From positions 82,698-146,697 of the forward strand of contig JBEKIW010000005.1 of assembly GCA_050011565.1 (NCBI GenBank): 64,000 nucleotides of DNA, given 5' to 3'. The DNA is from Dehalococcoidia bacterium. GTDB taxonomy: Bacteria; Chloroflexota; Dehalococcoidia; GIF9; UBA5629. Within the stretch, counting starts at the first letter, position 1; each line of letters begins with the position of its first letter. The translations under genes were made by a program, and so were the position numbers. Positions 39,601 to 47,881 of this stretch are shown in pieces. The notes under the pieces are model-generated. The model saw nothing but the letters and a program-made list of their open reading frames with translations, had not been told where the DNA came from and made no database searches.

Positions 39601-41198
39601 ACCCAATAAAAAACGAGAAAAACGAGATAATCGGCTTCCGTGGAGTCTCCCGTGATGTTACCCAACGCCTGCAGATGGAGGAGGCTCTGAGACAGTCAGA
39701 AGAGAGATACCGGACTCTTATGGACGAAATGGAAGAACCTTATTACGAGGTGGACCTCGCCGGCAATTACACCTTTTTCAATGACGCGCTGTGCAAAAAA
39801 TTGGGCTATTCCAGAGATGAAATGAAGGGGATAACCTACAAGGATTACACAGTCCCTGATGATATTAAAAAAGTTTTTCAGTACTTTAATCAGGTATACC
39901 GCACAGGCACGCCGGTCAAATGGTTCCCTTCAGAACAGATCAGAAAGGACGGAGCTCGAGAATTTGCCGAAACCTCAGTCTTTCCCTTACGAAACAAGGA
40001 GGGCAAGATAATCGGATTCCGCGGCGTCAGCCGTGATATCACCGAGCGCAAGAAGGCTGAAGAAGAAAAGAAACAAATGGAGCAGAAGGCTCAGTTTGCC
40101 AGTCGTCTGGCTTCTGTCGGCGAACTGGCTTCAGGCGTCGCCCATGAGATAAATAATCCACTGACCGGAGTTATCGGCTATGCCCACTTGTTGCTGGCCA
40201 GAAAGGACATATCACGAGACGTCAGACGTGATTTGGAGATTATCAATGAGGGCGCTCAGCGTGTAGCCGGCATTGTTAAAAAATTGCTCGCCTTTGCCCG
40301 TCAGACCAAGCCGGAGCAACGATACGTCAATATCAACGAGCTAATACGTAACACACTTGATTTGCGAGCTTACGAGTTGTCCGCCAGCAATATAAAAGTG
40401 GCTCTCCAGCTTACCCGCGATATGCCCATGACTATCGCCGACCCGGGTCAGCTCCAGCAGGTATTCCTCAACTTGATTATAAATGCCGAGACAGAGATGA
40501 AAATAACCCATGACAAAGGCAGGCTATCAATCAAAACAGAAAAGATAAATAACATCCTCCGGATATCGTTCAAAGATACCGGCCCGGGTATAGCCAGGGA
40601 GAACTTAGAGACTATATTCGACCCCTTCTTTACCACCAGGGAGGTGGGACAGGGTACGGGGCTTGGCTTGAGCGTCTGTCACGGCATAGTAACCGAGCAT
40701 AACGGCAAGATATGGGCTGAAAGCGAACCTGGCAAAGGAGCTACCTTCATCATCGAGTTGCCCTTAGTCACCGAAGAGGGACAATTTGAGCCGCCCGAAC
40801 CTGTCATCGAAGAGGCCCCCAGGGTAGCTAAAGCCAGGATACTGGTGGTAGATGATGAGCCGGTGATAAGACAGTTCGTAAGCCAGGTGCTGGGCGAGCA
40901 AGGGCATACGGTGGAAACTGTAGACAATGCTGCCAGCGCATTAAAAATGGTTAAGAGCAAGAGGTATCGCCTTATACTGCTCGATATCAAGATGCCTGGT
41001 ATGAGCGGTGTCGAATTGTACAAGCAATTTCAAAAGATAGCTCCATCGCTGACTAAAAGGGTAGTCTTCATTACCGGCGACGTCATGGGTAAACGTACCC
41101 TGGCTTTTCTCGACAAAACAAAAACGCCTTATATGATGAAGCCTTTTGATGCCAGGGAATTGAAGACACAGATAAACCGCATTCTAGCCAGAAAGTGA
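36621..41198 (+). CDS. soluble hybrid histidine kinase with nine PAS domains and C-terminal REC
   Basis: Nine PAS/PAC units, AHEINNPL H-box, NLIINA, DTGPGI, FDPFFTT, GTGLGL, REC; no TM segment. Confidence 0.96.
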   Translation: MKNNKSAEPNTAEQIQFMTGLIKQVSQPMIVTSADRRLLYWNAAFSKLTGYNNKELSDPIISAGLTAPEWHESETKAFERLQRTGKSQTFQKEYIRKDGVRVPVEVLVYQLSEGNGKVQYYIGLITDITERKQLEEELLKSESHYRILVENAIEGIVVIQDGEIKFANPIVAIATGYSSEEMLSMSLKKLLHPDNEKAAVESISQAVVPGTLLVVPLLKIRTKGGGTRLIEATIISIIWDDKPANLNLLRDITERYQAEETLRQSEKKYRSILEDVREGYWEVDLAGNFISFNEAICRLLGYPENEMAGMNYRAYTSAEDVDKVYQAFNQIFRTGKPIRNMHYEIVQKDGSKRFAETSVFPERNDKGEVIGFRGVSHDITERKNIEETLRHSEERYRTVLDEMQEGYFELDLAGNCTFTNEANCRNLGYPREDLIGMNYRAYITAEDVDMAYEAFNQVYLTGQPSKAITFKIVRKDGGMGLAELSASPLRNEKGEIIGFRGIGREISERAQMLATLSQSEEKYRSILETIEESYYEVDLAGSFTFVNDTLCRGFGYSREELMGMNYKVYTSPEIVSKVYKAYNQVYRTGEPLAWFPMEQIRKDGTRLIIENSILPIRNEKGEIIGFRGIGRDITERLRMEEALRHSEEKYRSILENMEESYYEEDLAGNFTFVNNALCRHLGYSKEELIGMNYRAYVPPEEVDRVFQAYNQAYRTGKPISSFRTQEIRKDGSRLFSEISVTPLRNERGETIGFRGVGRDVTKRVHMEETIRQSEERYRTIMDEMHDDYFEVDLAGNYTFVNDALCRSVGYTVEELIGRNYRFTMSDDDKRIYKVFNQVYLTGQPIKAFATKFVRKDGSYGTGELSAFPLRDENGDIIGFRGVSHDISERVQMEEALKQSEKRYRTILDDMKEGYFEMDLAGNYTFFNDARCQQLGYSREELTGMNYRVYVPPEKSKEAFEIYNRIYRTGEPAEMIDVVQIRKDGKRIFVESSAYPIKNEKNEIIGFRGVSRDVTQRLQMEEALRQSEERYRTLMDEMEEPYYEVDLAGNYTFFNDALCKKLGYSRDEMKGITYKDYTVPDDIKKVFQYFNQVYRTGTPVKWFPSEQIRKDGAREFAETSVFPLRNKEGKIIGFRGVSRDITERKKAEEEKKQMEQKAQFASRLASVGELASGVAHEINNPLTGVIGYAHLLLARKDISRDVRRDLEIINEGAQRVAGIVKKLLAFARQTKPEQRYVNINELIRNTLDLRAYELSASNIKVALQLTRDMPMTIADPGQLQQVFLNLIINAETEMKITHDKGRLSIKTEKINNILRISFKDTGPGIARENLETIFDPFFTTREVGQGTGLGLSVCHGIVTEHNGKIWAESEPGKGATFIIELPLVTEEGQFEPPEPVIEEAPRVAKARILVVDDEPVIRQFVSQVLGEQGHTVETVDNAASALKMVKSKRYRLILLDIKMPGMSGVELYKQFQKIAPSLTKRVVFITGDVMGKRTLAFLDKTKTPYMMKPFDARELKTQINRILARK

Positions 41199-41223
41199 TT
41201 TTCTGAACTCCAGCCTCTGTAGG

Positions 41224-41340
41224 AAATCCTAAATCTCAAATACCAAATCCTAAATAATACCAAAATTCAAAATGTCCAAATTCAAAACGTTTTTAATTTG
41301 GATATTTGATATTATTTGGATTTTAGGGTTTGGGATTTCT
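41224..41340. repeat. heptamer-periodic palindromic element
   Basis: AAATCCT AAATCTC AAATACC AAATCCT... centre AAAACGTTTT ...GGATTTT AGGGTTT GGGATTT. Confidence 0.75.
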
Positions 41341-41416
41341 TATTTTACGGTGGGAATATAATGGCGGGGATGCCAAATAGCCTAGGGAAAGGTTTTGGAA
41401 GTATAATAAACACGGC

Positions 41417-42577
41417 ATGATTTCAGTTTCAAGGCTGCTGTGCGATGCCGCAGGGCCAGGTGACAGCCTCCGTTACGGCAGTAAACATCAGTCCATTGGA
41501 AAACAAAGACCTATCGTTGTCTGGAATTGCACTAGAAAATGCAATCTACATTGCGTTCATTGCTACGGCAGCGCCGGCGATAAAGACCCTGCCGAAATTT
41601 TAACTACCGAGCAGGCAAAATCATTCATCCATGACCTGGCGGACTTCGGCGTGCCGGTGATTCTCTTTTCCGGCGGTGAGCCTCTACTCCGGCAGGATAT
41701 ATTTGAGCTGGCCCACTTTGCCGGAGAACTTGGACTGAGGACCGCCCTGTCCACCAACGGCACTCTCATCACTGAGGCAGAGGCCAAAAAAATAAAGAAT
41801 GCTGGCTTCGCCGAAGTGGGCATCAGCCTGGATGGTATAGGCGCCAAGAATGATCGATTTCGCGGCAAAAAGGGCGCCTACGAAGCGGCTTTACGGGGCA
41901 TCAGGAACTCCATCTCTTTAGGTTTGAGAGTCTCCTTGAGACTGACTATCACTGTGTCAAACTATATGGAAATACCTGCTGTCTTCGACCTGATGGAACA
42001 AGAAGGGGTTGAGCGAGTCTGCTTTTATCATCTAGCTTATGTAGGCCGGGCTAGCGGCTTAGTCAAGGAGGACTTGAGCCATTCCCAAACCAGAGCTGTA
42101 GTTGATCTAATCTGCGACCGCACCCTCGACTTTTATCGGCGTGGCCTCAGTAAAGAAGTTCTTACTGTAGACAATCACGCCGACGGCGTTTACCTCTACC
42201 TCAGACTAAAGAAAGAAGACCCGGCTCGCGCGGAGAAAGCACTGGCTTTGCTCCGTGCCAATGGCGGCAACAATTCAGGTATCCGTATAGGCGCCGTTGA
42301 TGAACTCGGTAACGTTCATGCTGACCAGTTCTGGCGGCACTACTCATTTGGAAACGTCCGCCATCGTAAATTTAGCGACATCTGGTCAGATACTTCAGAT
42401 TCTCTGATGCGTGGACTCAAAGATAGAAACGGCTTACTTAAGGGGCGCTGCGCCAGATGCCGGCATCTCGAGTTGTGCAACGGCAATCTGCGGGTGCGAG
42501 CTGAGGCAGTTTTCGGCGACGTCTGGGCTGAAGACCCGGCCTGTTATCTTACAGACGCTGAAATTGGATTGGCCTGA
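41417..42577 (+). CDS. ahbC: radical SAM Fe-coproporphyrin III synthase (NirJ1/AhbC)
   Basis: RPIVVWNCTRKCNLHCVHCY, RVCFYHL, TVDNHADG, GGNNSG and EDPACY. Confidence 0.9.
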   Translation: MISVSRLLCDAAGPGDSLRYGSKHQSIGKQRPIVVWNCTRKCNLHCVHCYGSAGDKDPAEILTTEQAKSFIHDLADFGVPVILFSGGEPLLRQDIFELAHFAGELGLRTALSTNGTLITEAEAKKIKNAGFAEVGISLDGIGAKNDRFRGKKGAYEAALRGIRNSISLGLRVSLRLTITVSNYMEIPAVFDLMEQEGVERVCFYHLAYVGRASGLVKEDLSHSQTRAVVDLICDRTLDFYRRGLSKEVLTVDNHADGVYLYLRLKKEDPARAEKALALLRANGGNNSGIRIGAVDELGNVHADQFWRHYSFGNVRHRKFSDIWSDTSDSLMRGLKDRNGLLKGRCARCRHLELCNGNLRVRAEAVFGDVWAEDPACYLTDAEIGLA

Positions 42578-42684
42578 TGTCAAAGGACTACTACGTTGGG
42601 ATTCGTTTAAGTGCACCCGGAGCATCGGCTCAGGGAACGATTTGAGCGGATTCTCCAATGCGCCCAGGCAATAAAATGGCCATC

Positions 42685-42737
42685 AGTATTTAGTATTTTG
42701 AATTTGTTTAGAATTTGGAGCTTGGGATTTAGTACTT
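42685..42737. repeat. right-arm remnant of the heptamer element
   Basis: AGTATTT AGTATTT TGAATTT GTTT AGAATTT GGAGCTT GGGATTT AGTACTT. Confidence 0.65.
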
Positions 42738-42776
42738 CAACTATGGGGCAATATTAGGGCTTGCAAGGAAGGCAAA

Positions 42777-43883
42777 TTGATGAAAAAAGACATCTCCGCT
42801 AGACTTCAGATGGTAGCCTGGGAGATAACCCGAAGCTGCAACTTGTTTTGCGCTCACTGCCGGTCTTCCTCTACATCCGGCGCCTATGAAGACGAACTGT
42901 CGACCGAACAATGCTGGCGACTGATAGATGAAATAGTTGAAATAGGCAAGCCTGTGATAATACTCAGCGGCGGTGAACCCCTGCTGCGCCAAGACCTTTT
43001 CCAGATAGCCGGTTACGCTGTCGAGAAAGGACTGCGGGTGGCAATGGGCACCAACGGCACTCTCATCACCAAGGAAATCGCCGCTAAATTGAAGGCAGTT
43101 CCAATTTCCAGGGTAGCTGTCAGCATAGACTTTCCGGAAGCCGAACTCCAGGATAAATTTCGAGGCAAGGCGGGCGCTTTCCAGTCCGCTGTTTCGGGAA
43201 TAGCCCTGTTACGTCAGGCAGGCATCGAGATTCAAATAAACAGCACCATCACCAGGCTGAATATGAAATACTTGAATGAGTTGCTGGACCTGGCGCTTAA
43301 GTCAGGAGCAGCCGCCTTTCATCCATTTATGCTGGTGCCAACGGGACGAGGCAAGGGGCTGGAAACAGCGGCCATGTCTCCCGAGGAATACGAGCAGACG
43401 CTAAATTGGGTCTATGACAGGCAGAAAGAACTGGGCGACAGGATATTCTTCAAGCCAACCGATGCCCCTCATTACCAAAGGATAATCAGACAGCAAGCCA
43501 AAGAAATTAATATGCAGGAAACGGTTCAAGGACAAAAAGCAGCAATTAAAGCTGGAAATGAATCCATGAACTCTATGACACGGGGCTGTCTGGCCGGCAT
43601 CAGTTTCTGCTTTATCTCACATCGGGGAAAGGTACAGGGATGCGGCTATCTTGATGTGGACGCCGGAAATATCCGAGACAGAAGCTTTAAACAAATATGG
43701 ACGGAATCCAGGCTGTTCCGCGAATTAAGAGACCTGTCCAACATAAAGGGAAAATGCGGTGCCTGTGAGTATAAGAATATCTGTGGCGGGTGCCGTGCCC
43801 GAGCCTATGAATCAACCGGCGACTACCTCGAGGCCGAACCGTACTGCGTACATCAACCGGCAGCATTTCAAGAGAGCAGATAG
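42777..43883 (+). CDS. ahbD: radical SAM heme b synthase (NirJ2/AhbD)
   Basis: AWEITRSCNLFCAHCR, LVPTGRG, KPTDAPHY, TRGCLAG and SPASM CGGCRARAY. Confidence 0.9.
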   Translation: MMKKDISARLQMVAWEITRSCNLFCAHCRSSSTSGAYEDELSTEQCWRLIDEIVEIGKPVIILSGGEPLLRQDLFQIAGYAVEKGLRVAMGTNGTLITKEIAAKLKAVPISRVAVSIDFPEAELQDKFRGKAGAFQSAVSGIALLRQAGIEIQINSTITRLNMKYLNELLDLALKSGAAAFHPFMLVPTGRGKGLETAAMSPEEYEQTLNWVYDRQKELGDRIFFKPTDAPHYQRIIRQQAKEINMQETVQGQKAAIKAGNESMNSMTRGCLAGISFCFISHRGKVQGCGYLDVDAGNIRDRSFKQIWTESRLFRELRDLSNIKGKCGACEYKNICGGCRARAYESTGDYLEAEPYCVHQPAAFQESR

Positions 43884-43885
43884 AT

Positions 43886-44887
43886 ATGAGTCTGGAACTA
43901 GATAACCGGGATAAACACCTGCTCAATATCATTCAAGCCGAGTTCCCGTTGAGCCGGGAGCCGTTCTCCGCTCTGGGATTACATCTGGGCATAGCCGGCG
44001 ATGAGGTAATCCGGAGAATCAACAGATTAAAAGCAGATGGAATTATCCGACTGATAGGACCCGTTTTTAATCCCAAAAAGCTCGGCTATCAGACGACGCT
44101 TGTGGCCGCCAAAGTGCCCGAAGAGCGGCTGGATAAGGCAGGTCAAATTATCAGCAAACACCCCATGGTGAGTCACTGCTACCAACGCGACCATGACTTC
44201 AATCTCTGGTTCACACTGGCCATGCCGGTAACCATGGATACAGATGACAAGGTAAGTAAACTGGGAAGCAGAATAAAGGCTGAGACCACGTTAAACCTGC
44301 CGGCCAACAAAACCTTCAAGATAGGAGTTTACTTCGACCTTGGTGGAGGAAACCCGGATTTGTCATTGCGAGCGAAGCGTGGCAATCTCAGTCCTGCCCC
44401 TCGCAACGCCAATAAACTCTCTGCCATCGACCGTGCCGTCATCAACGCCTTGCAGCAGGACCTGCCTTTGAGTGAAAAACCGTTCGACCTGATTTCAGCC
44501 GAACTCCAGATGGACACGGATACATTTCTAAGCCACTGCCGGACTCTGTCGCAGCGCGGAATTATGCGGCGCCTCAGCGCCTCCATCAACCATAACAAAC
44601 TCGGCTTTATCGCTAATGCCATGGTCTGCTGGAAAGTGCCATCGGATATGGTGGATAAAACGGGCAAAAAGATAGCCACGTTTTCGGAGGTAAGCCACTG
44701 CTATGAAAGGCGGGCCAACCGGCTTTGGCACTATAACCTGTTTGCCATGGCACACGCCCGCAATAACGAGAACTGTAGAGCGTTAACTGATAAAATATGT
44801 TCAGAGACCGGACTAAATAGAAATGAGATGCTACTGCTTTTCAGCACCAAAGAGGTAAAAAAGACGAGGGTACGCTATAAAATATGA
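43886..44887 (+). CDS. ahbAB: siroheme decarboxylase, fused AhbA-AhbB
   Basis: Two AsnC/Lrp-like halves with VSHCYQR...FNLWF and VSHCYER...YNLFAM. Confidence 0.88.
   Translation: MSLELDNRDKHLLNIIQAEFPLSREPFSALGLHLGIAGDEVIRRINRLKADGIIRLIGPVFNPKKLGYQTTLVAAKVPEERLDKAGQIISKHPMVSHCYQRDHDFNLWFTLAMPVTMDTDDKVSKLGSRIKAETTLNLPANKTFKIGVYFDLGGGNPDLSLRAKRGNLSPAPRNANKLSAIDRAVINALQQDLPLSEKPFDLISAELQMDTDTFLSHCRTLSQRGIMRRLSASINHNKLGFIANAMVCWKVPSDMVDKTGKKIATFSEVSHCYERRANRLWHYNLFAMAHARNNENCRALTDKICSETGLNRNEMLLLFSTKEVKKTRVRYKI
44361..44411 (+). repeat. REP-like element, copy E, in frame within the ahbAB linker
   Basis: TGTCATTGCGAGCGAAGCGTGGCAATCTC...CTCGCAACGCCA, translated as LSLRAKRGNLSPAPRNA. Confidence 0.72.
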
Positions 44888-45549
44888 AAAAGCACGAGGC
44901 TGTTTCTCCATACTACCCCATCCTGCTCAATCTTCAAGGCAAGAAGTGTCTTGTTGTTGGCGGAGGCGAGGTAGCCCTGCGCAAAGCACGGATGCTTCTG
45001 GAACACGGTGCTATTGTGGAGATTGTCAGTCCCGCTTTCTGCTCCGAGCTTAATCAACTGGCAAAAGATGGTACTGTTCGAGCCATCCCCCGAGCCTATG
45101 AGACAAAAGATTTAAATGACGCCTTCCTGGCCGTAGCTGCCACCGACGATACCAAGGTAAATGAAAAGGTAGCTGCTGAAGCCAGAAAGACAGGAATATT
45201 AGTCAACGTCGTGGACAAGCCGGACATTTCCGACTTCATCGTCCCGTCCTATTTCAGGCACGGTGATATAATCGTCGCTGTCTCCACATCCGGCAAAAGC
45301 CCGGCATTAGCCCGTAAAATCAGAGACGAGATAGAGAGAGATTTGAAAGCCGAATACGCGCAGCTGGCGGTAATTGCCAGTGAGGTCCGCAGTGAGCTAA
45401 AGCAGCGTGGGATTACAGTCAGCGGTGACGACTGGCAGGAAGTCCTGAACTTGAACTCTCTTATTGAACTTATAAAGCGAGGTAAAAATAAGGAGGCCAG
45501 GGAAATCATGCTTACCAGACTGAAAACACCGGGACATAGAAAGCTATGA
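44884..45549 (+). CDS. sirC: precorrin-2 dehydrogenase / sirohydrochlorin ferrochelatase (SirC/Met8-like)
   Basis: YYPILLNL, VVGGGEVALRK, VNVVD and STSGKSPALA. Confidence 0.88.
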   Translation: MKKHEAVSPYYPILLNLQGKKCLVVGGGEVALRKARMLLEHGAIVEIVSPAFCSELNQLAKDGTVRAIPRAYETKDLNDAFLAVAATDDTKVNEKVAAEARKTGILVNVVDKPDISDFIVPSYFRHGDIIVAVSTSGKSPALARKIRDEIERDLKAEYAQLAVIASEVRSELKQRGITVSGDDWQEVLNLNSLIELIKRGKNKEAREIMLTRLKTPGHRKL

Positions 45550-46826
45550 AGAAACCCTTCGGGATGCAGATTCACGTAGCCGGCGTAAACCACAGTACAA
45601 CGCCAATTGAAATCAGAGAAAGACTGGCAGTAAGCAATGACCGCCTCTCCGACGCACTCAGCCTGCTGCATAAACACGTTTCACAGGGGCTTATACTTTC
45701 TACGTGCAACCGGATTGAGGTCTACTCCGTGGCCGAGGGAAGAGATTCTTCCCAACCAGGTATAGACTTCTTCAAATCCTGGGCAAATATTGCACATGCG
45801 GACCTACTGCCTTACATATACTGTTACCAGAATGAGGCAGCAGTAAGACATCTCTTCCACGTAGCTTCCGGACTTGACTCAATGATTATCGGCGAATTTG
45901 AGATTCTGGGACAGGTGAAAAATAGCCTGGAAGAAGCCAACAAAGCCCGAATGGTGGAGCACCCGCTGCGGACTCTTTTGCACCAGGCACTAAGGGTAGG
46001 CAGGCAGGTAAGAGAAAAAACAGGAATCAGCAAGAACGCACTTTCGGTCAGTTCGGTGGCGGTGGAGCTGGCAGCCAAAGCCATCGGCGATTTGACCAGA
46101 TGCAAAGCCTTGGTCATCGGTACCGGCGAAGCTGGAAGATTAGTAGCCAAGGCGCTCAAAGAAAGAGGTATTGCCCAGATTACCGCTACCAGCCGTTCTT
46201 ATGAAAAGGCGTCAGCCCTGGCCAAGACGCTTGGCGGAAGCTCGGTGGATATAGGCAGCCTCGGTCAAGAGCTGGCTGGCTGCGATATAGCCATCAGTTG
46301 CACCGGAGCACCTCATTTTATACTCGACCTTAAGACAATGGAAAACGCCATGTTGGCTCGCTCGAATCGCCCTCTGGTAATTATAGACATAGCCGTACCT
46401 CGCGATGTTGACCCCGAAGTCAGGCGCCTGAGCAATATCTTTCTTTACTATATTGACGATTTCACCCATATCTCTGACCGCAACCGGAAGCAGAGAGAGA
46501 CCGAGACACAAAAGGCAATGGAAATTATTGAATCTGAAGTTAAAAGATTTGCCTCTAGGTGGCAGACTATGGAGGTGAAACCGATAATCAGCAGTCTGGT
46601 GGGAAAGGCAGAAGCCATACGCCAGGCACAACTTAAATTGACTCTTAAGAAACTGCGCAGACTGTCAACAGAAGAGCAACAAAGCCTGGAAGCCATGACT
46701 AAAGCCATAGTACAGAAGATACTTCATGACCCGATTCAGCACCTTAAGAAGGATGCCGAGGAAAGAGATGATTACATCAGGCTGATCGCCGAGCTGTTCC
46801 AGCTCGATAGGGACAAACCCGAATGA
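45546..46826 (+). CDS. hemA: glutamyl-tRNA reductase
   Basis: LSTCNRIE, GLDSMIIGEFEILGQV and DIAVPRD. Confidence 0.96.
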   Translation: MKKPFGMQIHVAGVNHSTTPIEIRERLAVSNDRLSDALSLLHKHVSQGLILSTCNRIEVYSVAEGRDSSQPGIDFFKSWANIAHADLLPYIYCYQNEAAVRHLFHVASGLDSMIIGEFEILGQVKNSLEEANKARMVEHPLRTLLHQALRVGRQVREKTGISKNALSVSSVAVELAAKAIGDLTRCKALVIGTGEAGRLVAKALKERGIAQITATSRSYEKASALAKTLGGSSVDIGSLGQELAGCDIAISCTGAPHFILDLKTMENAMLARSNRPLVIIDIAVPRDVDPEVRRLSNIFLYYIDDFTHISDRNRKQRETETQKAMEIIESEVKRFASRWQTMEVKPIISSLVGKAEAIRQAQLKLTLKKLRRLSTEEQQSLEAMTKAIVQKILHDPIQHLKKDAEERDDYIRLIAELFQLDRDKPE

Positions 46827-47761
46827 GGGAAATCGCCATTGGCACCCGCGGCAGCAAACTGGCGATGATTCAAGCCGAAGATCTGCTGGCCAGGCTCAGA
46901 GAAGTCTTTCCCGGGTTGAAAGCCAGCCTGGCCAAGATAAAAACCAGAGGTGATCGATACAGTACCACAGCACTGGACGAATTTGCCGGGCAAGGTATAT
47001 TCGTCAAAGAACTGGAAAAGGCACTGCTGGATAGACGAAACGACCTGGCCGTCCACAGCTTGAAAGATTTGCCAACGGAAATTCCCGATGGATTGATGCT
47101 GGCTGCAGTGACCGCCAGGCTCGACCCCAGAGATGTCCTTGTCTCCAAGAGTGGAAGACTTCATGACCTTGCCCCCGGCTCCAAGATAGGTACCGGAAGC
47201 CGCAGGCGTGCTGTTCAGCTACTCGCCCTTCGACCCGACCTTCAGGTTTGCGACATACGAGGAAACATCGACACGCGGCTGCGAAAGGTCTCTGACGGTG
47301 AATTTGACGGCGTCATCGTAGCCGCTGCTGCTATGATACGCCTGGGTTGGGAAGAGAGGATAACTGAATATCTGGCCGTAGATTATTTCACGCCGGCAGT
47401 GGGACAGGGAGCGCTGGGCATAGAGATACGCTCTGAAGATAAAGAAATGGCGACTCTGGTCTCTAAAATAAATGACGAAACAGCATGGCAGGCAGTCACC
47501 GCTGAGAGAACATATTTACAGGCGCTAGGCGGCGGCTGCCGCGCGCCGATAGCCGCTCTCGGCATCGTCTCAGACGGCATATTAAAGCTCATCGGTATGG
47601 TGGCCGGTGCCGATAGTAATCACATTTTGCGTGCTACCGAAGACGGTAAGGCTTCGGCCGCTGAGCATATTGGAAGACGTCTGGCCGTAAAAATGGCGGA
47701 GATGGGAGCGCTGGTCCTCATTGCCGGAGCTACGGCGCCACCCCAAAATACTAAATCCTAA
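46823..47761 (+). CDS. hemC: hydroxymethylbilane synthase
   Basis: GTRGSKLA, AVHSLKD, RGNIDTRL and GGGCRAP. Confidence 0.96.
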   Translation: MREIAIGTRGSKLAMIQAEDLLARLREVFPGLKASLAKIKTRGDRYSTTALDEFAGQGIFVKELEKALLDRRNDLAVHSLKDLPTEIPDGLMLAAVTARLDPRDVLVSKSGRLHDLAPGSKIGTGSRRRAVQLLALRPDLQVCDIRGNIDTRLRKVSDGEFDGVIVAAAAMIRLGWEERITEYLAVDYFTPAVGQGALGIEIRSEDKEMATLVSKINDETAWQAVTAERTYLQALGGGCRAPIAALGIVSDGILKLIGMVAGADSNHILRATEDGKASAAEHIGRRLAVKMAEMGALVLIAGATAPPQNTKS

Positions 47762-47879
47762 GCTATAAATTCTAAACAAATCTAAAACACAAAATAGAAA
47801 TATCCAAACAACGGTGTTTTTAGTTCAGAGAATTTGTATTTAGATTGTTTGAGATTTAGTGCTTGGTATTTATGATTTC
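47745..47879. repeat. heptamer-periodic palindromic element overlapping the hemC stop
   Basis: AAATACT AAATCCT AAGCTAT AAATTCT AAAC AAATCT...GAGATTT AGTGCTT GGTATTT ATGATTT; fills the gap between convergent genes. Confidence 0.75.
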
Positions 47880-47881
47880 TC

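Noticed and set aside
37400-40050. CRISPR-like or non-coding repeat array
   Set aside because: The repeats are in-frame PAS domains of about 380 bp; there is no short repeat-spacer structure or cas gene.
42577-42674. MSKDYY... mini-ORF resembling a DnaJ N-terminus
   Set aside because: Similarity ends after six residues, there is no HPD motif and the frame stops after 22 codons.
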